This document shows positions 1-12,062 of a stretch of 64,000 nt of DNA, one piece after another (the stretch's first letter is position 1; each line of letters starts with the position of its first letter). Under the pieces are notes generated by a model. The model was not told where the DNA came from, ran no database searches, and was given only the letters and a program-made list of their open reading frames with translations. The translations under genes and the position numbers were made by a program. This DNA comes from Cetorhinus maximus (lineage: Eukaryota): positions 62,001 through 126,000 of the forward strand of contig NW_027596540.1 in NCBI RefSeq assembly GCF_964194155.1, read 5' to 3'.

Positions 1-918
1 CAAGCTTATGGTTCTGTGTGTGTGTGGCTAATTTAATTAACTAAAGACAATTAGACTGCAAGGTTTAAATTATCAAAGGAGTGAGGTGTAAAAGAAGCAT
101 TTGAAATGGGGATGAGTGAGCTGGAATGAGGTCTCAGTGGATAAGGTGTGAAGGTAATTTATATGTTTAGATAAAGAAGGAGTTGTTTGATTTTCAAAGG
201 GATGGTGTAATGTTTACAACTGACAAGATAAGTCAGGCAAAGTGATTGCATTCGTTTTTCCCAGAAGTGCTGGCCATAATAACAACGTGAAAGATTTTTA
301 TATTCTGGGAAAAGTAACTTTGAAAGAGAAACAATGGGATTTACAAATCAAAAGGTATAAAATATATTTAAAGAAGGATGGAAGGTTGTGTGGGGTATGG
401 CCATGTGAGAACTTGAAAGGTGCAACGTGTGAAACAGACTTGGGGGGGGGGGGGGGGGAAAGCCTCAAGCTACCCTCCAGAAGTTTGCTGTTCCAGTAAC
501 CAAGGTTGTGTTAAAAGCCGTTGGAATTTCACTGTCGAGTGGGTGCTAGTGGTAATAGTATTGAATGTGTTTATAAATTGGGAATCTATTTGGGCTGTTG
601 CCTTAAAGGAAGTGTGTAGTTGGTAGTCTGGTTAAGTATGAATTTTGCGAAATGCTATAAGATTAAGTAACTGTGTAACCGTGATTTTGTGTGTGCGTGT
701 TTAAGTTTTTTCTTATTTTTATTTTCTTAAGTTTTTATTAAAGTTAATAAATACTTTAAATTAATCTTTAAAATCTCTGAAGGTGGCTGTGGACTCATTA
801 CTTCTGACTTCAGTGCACAAGCCTCCTTGTAATAAATGCAAATAGAAAAATCATTGTGATAGTTTGGCCAAGTCTCCCTTGTGGATTTGATCAGCCTGGA
901 AAATTCTGTTCCATAACG
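1..918 (+). mobile_element. Possible LTR-like sequence (3' part)
   Basis: Non-coding, TG-rich, several AATAAA near the end, terminates in ...ttccataac; no TSD or internal genes seen. Confidence 0.3.
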
Positions 919-1074
919 GCCGTGTGCATCCCTCTCCCTGGGAACTGTCTGAGGCTCAACCACACTGTTCACAATCCTGGTGTCAGATTTAACCCCAAGA
1001 TAAGTTTCTGACCACATATCCGCACCATCACTAACACCAGATATTCCACCCCACCCCAGCTCATGTGGGACACT

Positions 1075-1262
1075 TGCCTTTATTAGCCGAGACACAGAAT
1101 ATAAGAGCAGGGAGGTTATGTTGGAGTGTATACAATGTGAGTTAGGCCACAGCTGGAGTGCTGTGTGCAATTCTGGTCACCAAACTATAGGAAGGATGTG
1201 ATTGCACTGGAGAGGGTGCAGAGGGGATTCACCAGGATGTTGCCTGGGCTGGAGCGTTTCAG
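1075..1262 (+). mobile_element. CR1 LINE ORF2 3' fragment
   Basis: Degenerate 'LVRPQLEYCVQFWSP.YRKD..ALERVQRRFTRMLPGL' coding signature. Confidence 0.85.
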
Positions 1263-1564
1263 CCAGACCTGACTTGATTTATGGGAGCTCAATATCATCA
1301 GCCTTTGAACTAGAAAGAGAAATGTTTGTTCTGTCTGCTTCAACAGATTTTAAACGTCACTGTGTCTGGAAAATCACCAAGAAGCTCGTGTACACACATG
1401 TGCGAGAGTTCCAATGCACTGACTGTGGAGAAAAATTTAACCAGATACACAGACTGAAGAAACATTGCACCATTCACAGCCAGGAGAGACCGAACACGTG
1501 TACTGTTTGTGGATGAGGCTTCAGTTAAACATCTTACCTCAAGGAATGCAAGGACACCTGAACC

Positions 1565-2323
1565 ATGGAGAAACCATGCAAATGTGGGGAATGTGGGAAG
1601 GGATTCCGGTCCCCATCTGCTCTGGAATCTCATCGCCGCATTCACACTGGGGAGAGGCCGTTCACCTGCTCTGATTGTGGAAAGGGATTCACTCAGTTAT
1701 CCCACCTGCAGATACACCAGCGACTTCACACCGGGGAGAGGCCGTTCACCTGCTCTGATTGTGGGAAGGGATTCACTAACTCTTCCAATCTGCGGACACA
1801 CCAGCGAGTTCACACGGGGGAGAGACCGTTCACCTGCTCCATATGTGGGAAAGGTTTCAGTGATTCATCCAGCTTGCTGATACACCAGCGAGTTCATACT
1901 GGGGACAAATCATTCAACTGCTCTGTATGTGGGAAGCAATTCAGTCGATTATGCAACCTTCTGCGACACCAGCGAGCTCACACTGGGGAGAGGCCGTTCA
2001 CCTGCTCTGAGTGTGGGAAGGGATTTGCTGATCCATCCATCTTGCAGAAGCACCGGCGAGTTCACACTGGGGAGAGGCCATTCAGCTGCTCCATGTGTGG
2101 GAAGGGTTTCACTCAGTTAACCAACATGCTGACACACCAGCGAGTTCACACTGGGGAGCGGCCTTTCATCTGCTGTGAGTGTGGGAAGGGATTCAGTGAT
2201 TCATCCACCCTACTGCGACACCAGGGTGTTCACACTGGGGAGAGGCCGTTCACCTGCTCCATGTGTGGGAAACGATTCACTCGGTCATCTCACCTGCTGA
2301 GACACCAGCGAGTTCACCAGTAA
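1565..2323 (+). CDS. C2H2 zinc-finger protein, 9 tandem fingers, no KRAB/SCAN domain seen
   Basis: Intact [17 protein letters not shown]...HQRVHQ*, TGERPF linkers, start in aACCATGG context. Confidence 0.85.
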   Translation: MEKPCKCGECGKGFRSPSALESHRRIHTGERPFTCSDCGKGFTQLSHLQIHQRLHTGERPFTCSDCGKGFTNSSNLRTHQRVHTGERPFTCSICGKGFSDSSSLLIHQRVHTGDKSFNCSVCGKQFSRLCNLLRHQRAHTGERPFTCSECGKGFADPSILQKHRRVHTGERPFSCSMCGKGFTQLTNMLTHQRVHTGERPFICCECGKGFSDSSTLLRHQGVHTGERPFTCSMCGKRFTRSSHLLRHQRVHQ

Positions 2324-2524
2324 TTACAGGGGTTGGATTCTGCTGTGATTGCTGCTGTCAATCACATTCAAGACTGAACCATGTTCATTCTGACAGTTGG
2401 TGAAGTGGGAGGGTCAAAGGGTTTCTTTCTGCTGTACTGGCCAGTCTTACAACTTTGTTTCCAGTGGTCTGGAAGTGCACATTTCCACTGAAATGTTCCA
2501 CAGAAGCTGATGAAGGTCATTTAT

Positions 2525-2790
2525 TGCTGCAAAAAGAGACATGCTCTTGAAGTTTTCATATTGCACTTATCAGGACAAACACAAGAACACCAAATTTCAA
2601 AGGGAGCAACTATTTATACTATGTGAGAAAAGGGTGCTGATTAGTTGGCAAGTCAGTTGCGACTGGTCAAGTCGTTGCCATGGAGAATTCACCAGAAAGC
2701 TCGTGACCTCAGCATTTAGTTGGATTCGAAAATGTTGCAATGCCTGGACATGTCCATTTTGGCTTCAGAGTATCAGAGCTTTATGATGGT
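2525..2790 (-). mobile_element. Non-autonomous repeat, same family as 9277-9600 (Penelope-type tail with a decayed hammerhead-like motif)
   Basis: Aligns by eye with 9277 onward (attgctg.aaaaagagacatgct...caccaaatttcaaagggagcaac). Confidence 0.5.
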
Positions 2791-2821
2791 CCAATGTCAC
2801 TTCCCTGCTTTTTTACTCAAT

Positions 2822-4078
2822 GACCTGGATTTTCAGAGTCAGAAAGACTCACCTACCTTCAAAAATTGTGGGTGGGACCCGGATGCGGAAGTCCCACTCC
2901 CATTTTTCACAGATCCAATTTTTGCCAGTAGGGGACAGGGGCAGGGCTTGATTCACACCCAAGTTGAACCTGAACTCAGCAGAGCCATCTGAACTCAGCA
3001 CTGAGTTCAAACAGGCACCATTTTGCCTTCTGCAAGGGAGTTAACTCATAGTGTGAAAGTCACGACTTTATGGAGTAGACGTAAAGACTCTTGTTGGGTG
3101 GATAGGGTCTGTTTAACTGTCATGATTGAAAGTCTTTTTTAAAATCCCCTGCTCTCCTGACTTCGTCTGCAGCTGTCAGTGTAAGTGAAAAAGATAGTTG
3201 GCTGTACAATGTAGCATCAGTCCCAGCAGTTTCAGTAATTGCTGGCATTTCCCTAAGGGCTATTTATGAATGCTTGGCTGACTTCCAAAACCTACAGTCA
3301 TCTCAGCAGCTGTTCTGAGTCCACACTTTGACAACTTAAAGAGACCATTAAGGGTTTAGCTGCCTTTGAAGTGGTATGGACAGAAGTATGTTGGTTTTTA
3401 TATGAGATTAACCAAAAGTTTTGAATAAGGTTGCAAGAATGGGAGTTTTGTTTAAAAATAGTGAAGGCTGTTTTAGATTTTTAGAACTTTATTTTAATTA
3501 ATCTCAACCTGGCTCCTGGGGTCTGCCCATAGTGAATAATGTGAGTTGGGATGTAGGGTAAAAGGGGCGATGGGGGATCCATGCCAGGGCAAGAGTTGGC
3601 ATGAGCGGGCATGGAGTACATAAGGGCCTTGGGGTGGAATGGGGGCTTGCAATTGGCTCACTTGCAATTAGTGAGGAGGAATTGTGTTGGGCTGCTGCCC
3701 CTGGTGGGTGGGCAATTATTCCAAATAATCATGTCTATTAATTTATTTTTAAAACATTCTCTTGGCATGTGGGTGCCACTGGCGAGGACCAGAGATTCCA
3801 AAAGGTTACAATGCAACTGGGATAAAGTCCCAGAGATGGAGGCAGGCCTTTTAACCAGCCCACCTCAGTGCTCGGGCATCCTGTTAGCCGCCTAAGCTCC
3901 GATTCCAGTGGCACAGCAACCAACTCCATCCATAACCGCCCACCTCAAAGCACCACCCCCCTCCCCCCGCCCCCGAGTGAAGATCACAACATTTGGGAAC
4001 CTTTAAATCGAGGCAGGTCCGGCAATTGGAAAATTTCCAGATCCAAGCTACCCACCTCGGTACCCAAGATCCAACCCA
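2822..4078. mobile_element. Putative non-autonomous DNA transposon with GGG(C/T)TGGATTTT-like TIRs (Harbinger-like)
   Basis: Left end gacctggattttc, right end aagatccaaccc; resembles the element at 37390-38913. Confidence 0.35.
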
Positions 4079-4739
4079 AGCTCTCTATTTCTGAAGCTCA
4101 AGATCCCACATGCTTTGCTAATTCCTCTCTCACTGTGTCCTGCCACCTTCAAAGATCGCTGCACATGAACCCCCAGGTCCCTCTGTCTCTGCTCACTCTT
4201 TGGAACTGTGCCATGACATCTGTGTTGCCTCTACCTGTTCCTTCTGCCAAATTACATCACCTCAACTTTCCCTGTATTAAACTCCATCTGCCACTTCAGA
4301 GAATGTGAAGGGGAGATTGAAGTGTTAAACTAAACATACAGAGAAGAGGAGGCACTGATTGCTTTAATATGTCACCCACAATTGAAGATCCTTTAAATGC
4401 ACATGAGGCTCATAGAGCACAGTAGGAGGCAATTGGAGGCTCTTTCCAATTAATCCCATTGCCCTGCAATATTCTTTTTCTTTCAAGAATCTGTCCAGTT
4501 CCCTTTTGAACGATACAGTTGAATTTACTTCCAGTCAGTTTTGAGGCAGTGGATTCCAAATCGTAACAACTCGCTGTGTTTTTAAAACAAATAATTCCTC
4601 ATCTTGTGTGTGGTGTATTTGGACTTTCAAAAAGCATTCGGAAAGCTGTCAACCAGGAGGTTCATACACAAAATGAGGTCTCAATCCTTATGAATGATCT
4701 AGATGAGGGACTGAGTGTAATGTGTCCAAATTTGCTGAC

Positions 4740-4962
4740 AATGAAACAAGGATTTGCATTTCTATAGCGCCTTTCACAACCACAGGATGTTTCAAAGCCT
4801 TTTACAGCCACTTTTGAAATGTAGTCACTGTTGTAATGTAGGAAACTCGGCAGCCAATTTGCACACGGCAAGGTCCCACAAACAGAAATGTGATAATGAC
4901 CCAAATGATATGTTTGTGGTTATGTTGACTGAAGGATAAATGTTGGCCCAAGACACCAGGGA
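4740..4962 (-). mobile_element. 3' part of Deu/SacSINE1-like SINE
   Basis: Matches the 3' halves of the SINEs at 10415-10875 and 36765-37200. Confidence 0.7.
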
Positions 4963-5379
4963 TCAAGGCCCGGGAGAGTGGGGTTCAGACAGTGCCAAAC
5001 AGCAGGGCCTGGGATGTTATGGGTGGGGGAGGTGAGTAGGTGTGGTCTGGGCTCATTGTTTCAAACAGTTTTGCATCATCCTCACTGAGCAGCCAGAGCT
5101 ACAAACCTGACAGACCAGCTTAAAAAACAGATCTGTCAGGCTGAGAGTTCTGATATTTTCGAAGCCAGTCTGTCAGTGTCAGGTCAATTTCACGAGTTGC
5201 TGCTGCTGCCTCGAACTTCAGGCAGCTTTGCAATTCCAATTTTTTTGAAAAGCCTGCCAGGAAACCACAAAGCTGCCCGAAGGTGAGAAGCAGCAGCAGC
5301 AGAAACTGAGAGTTTTCCTGCTTGAGAAATAGTCAGTCAAATCCCTGTAATTTTACAACCAATTGGATGCTGTTGTGGG

Positions 5380-5725
5380 TAGGGGGTGGGGGGGAGGGGT
5401 GGGTGGGAGGAAGGGGGGGCATGTTTAGAGGGGGTTGGGGGAAGTTTGGAGGGGGTTTGGGGGATGTGGGAGGGGGTTTGGGGGATGTGGGTAGGTTGGA
5501 GGGGTGGTTGGGGGTAGGTTTTGAAAGGGGTTGTGGGGAAGTTTGGGAGTTGGGGAAAGTTTGGAGGGGGGTTGAGGGGTAGGTCAAGGTTTGGAGGGAA
5601 GTTGGAGGGATTTGGGGAAGTTTGGAAGGGGTTGGGGGAAATTTGGAGGGAGGTCAGGGAAGTTTGGTGGAGAAGGGGGGATGGTTGGAGGAGTTCAGGG
5701 GAGCTAGAGGGGTTTTGGGGGTAGA
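5380..5725 (+). repeat. G-rich low-complexity tract (GGGGAAGTTTGGAG-like units)
   Basis: Many G3-G6 runs; the Gly/Pro-rich ORFs here are compositional artefacts. Confidence 0.85.
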
Positions 5726-6584
5726 TTAGGTACAGATTTGAATTGTTTTTGTAAATGTAGCCACTTTGCTAACATCAGTTGATTGCTCGGTGATTAATTA
5801 TCTTTAAATAATCAGCATTGGGCCTCCACTTTCACCATTGCTACTGTCACTCTGCCCACTGCATGCAGTTATAATGAAAGAAAGACAAAACCTACATTTA
5901 TATAGCACCTTTCACAATGTCCTAAATCACTTTCCAGCCAATTCAGCACTTTTGAGTTGTAGTCATTGGTGAAATGTAGAGAATGTTATCTAATGGCGGG
6001 GCAGGCTCATGGGGGCGAATGACCTACTCCTGCTCCTAATACATATGTGTGTATGGAGATAGGTGAGATGAACAGGACTCGATGGCCTTTGTCATCTATA
6101 ATTATCTTGCGAACAGAGGGTGGAATCCTGGCTGGAGTTCTGTTTATTTTGTTGCTGGTGAAAGTTTACTGTGAGCAGGATTTGTGGGATGAGATCACCA
6201 GGACAGGAGTGCAGATTGAGCTCAGAGTGAATCAGTAACCTGTTTTACTGCACATAATTCACAAGAGTCTTTTCCATATACTTCAATCTTATCCTTTTGT
6301 CCAGTTACCTGTTATCCCACTCCATCTTGCTGTTTTTTTCTGAGTTTTTTGAGGTTAGAAATATCGTGATAAAGTTATGGGGCGTTGCAGATATTGAAAA
6401 TATATTGTGGTGAGAAGCAGCAATCAGCAGAGTCTTCGGACTTGCTGATGACCAAACAGATACAACTGTGAGCCATTCAGTCTTCGTTCTCTGGCCCCTT
6501 AAAAGTTCTGTTGCACGGAGAAGCCTGAGAGCCTGGAAACAGGAAAAGCACCGGGGCCCAGGATTTCTCTCCCAGTCCCTGCTG

Positions 6585-6832
6585 GAGATAACTCTTCTGC
6601 CCTTCTTCGAAATAGTGGCTGTGGGTTCTTCTTCGCCCACCTGAGAGGGCAGACAGGGCCTTGGTGTATTGCTCGTCTGAAGGACAGCAGCTCTGACAGT
6701 GCAGCACTCTCTCAGTGCTGGCACCAGGAATGTCAATTTTGATTGTTGTTCTTGGGCCCCTGGATTGGGACTGGAACCAACAACCTTCTGACTCAGAAGT
6801 AAGAGTGAGATCCACTGAGCCACTGCTGACAC
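6585..6832 (-). mobile_element. tRNA-derived SINE, 5' half (Deu/SacSINE1-like)
   Basis: Minus strand: A box TGGCTCAGTGG, B box GGTTCCAGTCC, body gtgctgcactgtcagag...gccctctcaggtgg. Confidence 0.75.
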
Positions 6833-7529
6833 GATAGACAATACAGATTTAGAAAGGGAAAGTTACCCTTTAAAAGCCCCCACCCTTTGCCTCCAGCACC
6901 TAAATCTAATAATAAAAACCCTAGTATAAAAAACACATACAGGACTGACAAATGTTACAGTGTTGGTTTAGAGCCAAAGTTTCGAGTTCCCATTTGAGTT
7001 CCTACGCCTTTCTGTCTCTCTATTGCGCATGTGAATGACAGCCAGGCGATGGAGCTGAAGGCTCAATGTAGCTGAGAATAACAGGGCTTGTGGCCCAGTT
7101 GGGAAACTGCCACTGACGTCGCACTAATAGAGAGAGACAGGAGGGTGCTGGAGGAATGACTGGGAAATGGGCCTCCAGCCAATCAGGGAGGGAGAGATGG
7201 TGATGTGACCCCCCCCCCCCCCCCCAAGGTTCAGTGCTCCTGTGTCCAAAGTGGGGAGTCATGAGGACAGGGTACAGAGGGGCCAAAAAGAAACCATTTG
7301 GATCCAGAACATTGTGCACATCCTTTTACTCTGGTTGTCTTTGATCCCCAGGTAATTTTGTTTTTTTAAACCATGTTCTGTTACATTAATTTTATCAGTA
7401 AAAATATTTGATTTTGCTGGACTTTTGATTAGATTTATGCACTTTAGGGAAAGTGGGTGAAAGGAATTGGCAGGCTGTTTAACAGAAAGTGAGTCCCTCT
7501 AAGGTAATTGGCAAAGGATCCAGGTGAGA

Positions 7530-8020
7530 TGATGGTGGGGGGGTCGAAAACCAGGGGTCACAGTCTGAGGATATGGGGAAGACCATTTAGGACTGAGATG
7601 AGGAGAAATTTCTTCACCCAAAGAGTGGTGAGCCTGTGGAATTCGTTACCACGGAAAGTAGTTGAGACCAAAGCATTGTATGTTTTCAAGGAGTTAGATA
7701 CAGCTCTTGGGGCGAAAGGGATCAAAAGGTATGGGAAGAAAGCGGGAGCAGGCTATTGAGTTGGATGATCAGCCACGATCATAATGAATGGCGGAGCCGA
7801 ATGGCCTACTCCTGTTCCTAGTTTCTATGTAAATTTTATTTTTTTCACACAGCGAGTTGTTCTGATCTGCCTGAAAGCAGATTCAATTATTTATTTCCAA
7901 GGTGTAAATATTTGAAAGGGAAGAATTTGCAGGGCTGTAGGGAAAGAGGAGAGCAGTTGGATGAATCAGAAATTCCTTTCAAAGAGATGGCATGGGCATG
8001 ATGAGCCAAATGGACTCATG
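7530..8020 (+). mobile_element. Two CR1 3'-end fragments
   Basis: TRGHSL...RRNFFTQRVVSLWNSLP plus tail atggcctactcctg. Confidence 0.85.
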
Positions 8021-8299
8021 CAGCCTGTGAATCTGAGCTTCTTGTCTTTGTGCAGGTTAAAAGGGTCAGATTTCATTTCAGCCTCTTCCTGGTATATATA
8101 TTTAAAGAGACAAGTTTCTCTTTAGTTCTGAGGGACCGACATAACAATGTCTCCAATCCTCTGTATATTTAAACATTGAAGATTGCATGGCCAATTGTAG
8201 TCAACAGCCTTCCTGTCGCTCTCTCAGGAGGCAGCAAGAAAGCATTTGACTGCTTAACAATAGCAACCTCCGCTGAACATAATTAAACCACAACAACAA

Positions 8300-8790
8300 A
8301 AACAACCTGCATTTGTATAGCACCTTTAATCATGTGCTTCACAGGTGCCATTACTAAACAAAATTTTACACCGAGCCACATAAAGAGATGACCAGTAGCT
8401 TGGTTTTAAGGAGTTTCCTAAAGAAGCACAAAAGATCAAGGGGCAGAGAGGTTTAAGGAGGGAATTCCAGAGCATGGGACCCAGGCAGCTGAAGGCAAAG
8501 CCCCCAGTTGTTGTGCAATTGAAATTGGGGATATTGAAGAGGCCAGAATTAGTGAAGCACAGATATCTCAGAGGGTTTTAGGGATGGAGAAGATTACAGA
8601 GATGGGGAGAGGGGGATGTGAGACCATGTGGTGATTTGAAAAAAGGATGCTGGGGAGGGATTTGAAAAAAAAGAGAATTTTAAAATCGAGGTGTTGCTTG
8701 AGTGGGAGCCAGTGTTGGTCAGTGAGCACAGCGGGTGATAGGTGAACGGGACTGAGTGTGAGTTGGGAAACGGGCAGCAGAGTTTGTCGA
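8300..8790 (-). mobile_element. L2 LINE 3' end
   Basis: HWLP...DFKIL motif (ORF 8568-8819) and L2-type tail ...aaaggtgctatacaaatgcaggttgtt. Confidence 0.7.
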
Positions 8791-9276
8791 CTGAAGAAAA
8801 CTGGTCCAGTTCTGTACATTTCCCATTACACTACTTATGTCTAAGATTGAGCTGACATCAAACCTTTCCATTGTGTAATCCGCTGATGTCATCACATTCT
8901 ATTGTGATGATGTCATAAGATTACTTTCAGCATTTTTCTGATTATATAATCAGCTGACACCAGACTATATACTTTATTGGGAGTGTGGGATTAGCTGATG
9001 CCTGTACAATCCTTTACCTTTGCGCAGTAAGCAGAAACGATCGTTTGTGTGATTTCATAAATAGAATTTTTAACTACATGTACATAACTTATTTTTCAAT
9101 ACGGAAATGGTCTGGATCGTGAACATTTACCACTAAAATTAACCAATTTGCTAGCGCAAGCATATGTGACTTTTCAGCCAATTTGTTGTTCTTGTTTACA
9201 ATAAATTGTTGGGGAGAAAAAAATGTTATTTCAACCAATCTCCTAATGTTATCAAATCCTTTTAAATATTTGAATA

Positions 9277-9600
9277 TTGCTGAAAAAAGAGACATGCTGT
9301 CAAAGCTTTTCGTCTTGCACTCATCAGGATAGATGCAAGAATACCAAATGTCAAAGGGAACAACAGTTTAAACTGTCTGAGAAACAGGGTGCTAATTGGT
9401 TGTCATGGCATTGCCATGGAGAATGCACCAGGGAACAGTTACCCCAAGCTTTTGTTCAAATTCAGAAATGGCAAGTCAATTCTGATTGGTTGAGATGTTG
9501 CCATGGGGAATGCATCAAGGAACAATTGTCCCCCAAACTCCTGTTTAATTAAAAAGGCAAAATGCTTGGAACAAATTCCTTTTGTGTGCAGAAAACAGGG
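9277..9600 (-). mobile_element. Non-autonomous repeat carrying a minimal hammerhead-like motif at 9298-9331
   Basis: Minus strand CTGATGA-GT(GCAAG)AC-GAAA-AGCT-TT-GACA; second copy at 2525. Confidence 0.5.
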
Positions 9601-10414
9601 CCCAGTATTTGAATATGAAAAATCCAGTGCCTGGATCCAGTTTGCATGTTCACTACATCTAATCATTTCTTCCTATGGCCATAGCCTATTCGTGTACCAC
9701 GTTTTGTTAAAATCTATCCATTAGTTTTTAAGATATATTGTTACAGACAGACAGACAAACAAACAGGGATGAAAACATTCTCTGTAAGGACAAGCTGAAA
9801 AAATAAACGTTTTTATTAAGACCGAGGAAGCCTTAGGCTAATCCACAGCCAACAACCTGCTCTGAAAACTCTGCTGATATTTTGACAGCTGTGATAAATT
9901 CCACCCCAGCAGCGGAGACAATCCACAACATTCCAAAGCAATCGCCATTCGAAATAAAACAAACCACAACAATTGAAAAGAAAAAGTCAATTCTCCAGCT
10001 CTCCCAATATGAACGGATCCTTCAAAAAAATTCCAGGATCCGGAACTACACCAAAGATAGGACAGTTCTTGCATGGTCGGTGTACCAAGTTTCAGTAAAT
10101 CCATCCATTAATTTGTGAGATCAATTGTTTACAGACAAACATCTTCAATGGCAGAGATACTCTCAGTACATTGACCAGCCCCAAAATCTATTGTCTGCCA
10201 GTATTTCACAGGGGGAAAGGGGTGGATTCTCAGACGAGTAAGATAAGGCATCCCCTTTAAATAGCCAGTTCCCACAATGTATTCAGTGGCTTCTGGAGGG
10301 AAGCAGATTGGTCCACACTGGGAGTTCTTGCACTGCCCCTCCCCCCAGCCTCAGGTCAGCTGGCTCCTGCTCCTGCTGGACAATCTGCCTGTAAGAATAG
10401 GAGCGTGTTGATTT

Positions 10415-10875
10415 AAAAATAAACTTGCATTTATATAGCACCTTCCACCACCTCAGGGAGTCTCAAAGTGTTCCACTGCCAATGAAACGCTTTCTGAAAT
10501 GTGGTCACACTGTAGGAAACGTGGCAACCAATTTGTGCACAGCAAGCTCCCACAGACGGCAATGGCCAGAGTGTCTGTTTTCACTGATGTTGATTGAGGG
10601 ATAAATATCAGGCACCAGGACACCAGGGGAGATCTCCTCCCCCTCGTGCTCTCCTTCCAATTGTGGCCATTGAATCTTTTACATACACCTGAGAGGGCAG
10701 ACGGGGTTCTCGGGTTAATGTCTCACTGGAAAGACGGTCCCTCCGACAGGTCAGCTCTCCCTCATAACTGGCACCGGAGGTGTCAGCCGTGGATTCTGGG
10801 GGCTTGAGTCTCTGGGTTGGGGATTCGAACACAGCACCTCCTGACTCAGAGGTAAGAGTGCGACCCACTGTCATG
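10415..10875 (-). mobile_element. Near full-length Deu/SacSINE1-like SINE
   Basis: tRNA-like head (tctgagtcaggaggtgctgtgttcgaatcc), conserved body, L2-type tail gctatataaatgcaagt. Confidence 0.8.
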
Positions 10876-11219
10876 CTGTGTTGAATAAAATCATCTCGCT
10901 GGTGTTCTAGAATGATGGAATGGTTACAACACTGAAGAGAGGCTATTCAGCCCATTGTGTCTGTGCCAGCCCTCTGCAAGAGCAGCGAACATAGTGTCAT
11001 TCCGCTACCTTTTCCACATAATCCTGTCAATTTTTCCCCTTCAGATAATGATCCAATTTTCTGTTGAAAACCATGACCGAATCTTCCTCCAAGCCCCTTC
11101 ATCCCTGGCACCATTCTAGTACATCTCCAATCCTCCCCTTCACCAACTGTCAGAATGAACATGGTTCAGTCCTGGATGTGATTAACAGCAGCAATAACGG
11201 CAAAACCCAACCCCTGTAA

Positions 11220-12062
11220 TTACTTGTGAACTCGCCGGTGTCTCAGCAGACTGGATAACTGACTGAAACCCTTCCCACACATAGAGCAGGTGAATGGCCT
11301 CTCACCAGTGTGAATTCGCTGGTGTCTCAGCAGGGTGGACGAATCTCTGAATCCCTTCCCACATTCAGAGCAGATGGACGGTCTCTCCCTGGTATGAACT
11401 CGCTGATGCATCACCAGGTTGCATGACTGAATGAATCCTTTCCCACATCCAGAGCAGGTGAATGGCCTCTTCCCATTGTGAACATGTTGGTGTGTCTGCA
11501 GGTGGGATAATTGAGTGAATCCTTTCCCACACTCGGAGCAGATGAAAGGCCTCTCCCCGGTGTGAACTCACTGGTGTGTTAGCAGGTTGGATGACTGAGG
11601 GAATCCCTTCCCACATGTAGAGCAGATGAAAGGCTTCTCCCCGGTGTGAACCCGCTGGTGTGTCAGGAGGGCAGATGAATCGCTGAATCTCTTCCCACAC
11701 TCAGAGCAGGTGAATGGCCTCTCTCTGGTGTGAACTCGCTGGTGCATCATCAGGTTGGATGACTGAGTGAATGCCTTCCCACACTCAGAGCAGATAAATG
11801 GCCTCTCCCCAGTGTGAACTCGCTTGTGTGTCAGCAGGTGAGATGAATTACTGAATCCCTTCCCACATTCAGAGCAGACGAAAGGCCTCTCCCCGGAGTG
11901 AACTCGCTGGTGTTTCAGCAGGGTGGATGACTGAGTGAATGCTTTCCCACACTCAGAGCAGGTGAAAGGCCTCTCCCCAGTGTGAATGCGTTGATGAGTT
12001 TCCAGCGCAGATGGGGTGCAGAATCCCTTCCCACAGTCCCCACATTTGTACGGTTTCTCCAT
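11220..12062 (-). pseudogene. C2H2 ZNF, 10 fingers in one frame with a single internal TGA (11568-11570); pseudogene or truncated 5-finger protein
   Basis: ORFs 11568-12062 and 11220-11414 are in frame and the gap is open; HQ*VH (CGA>TGA). Confidence 0.8.

Noticed and set aside
1509-2120. Overlapping alternative-frame ORFs ([19 protein letters not shown] repeats), here and in all ZNFs
   Set aside because: Expected shadow frames of the 84-bp finger repeat
1565-2323. Assigning mammalian ZNF gene symbols
   Set aside because: Lineage-specific tandem arrays; orthology cannot be inferred from generic finger similarity
5322-5724. Gly-rich and Pro-rich ORFs
   Set aside because: Products of low-complexity G-rich DNA
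6110-6330. Possible spliced minus-strand mini-gene (MEWDNR, 69-nt intron)
   Set aside because: Weak acceptor, no recognisable protein, no paralog support
9030-10160. Non-autonomous DNA transposon (tgtaccaagtttcagtaaatcc...acagacaaac motifs)
   Set aside because: Internal motif is suggestive but ends and TSD could not be located
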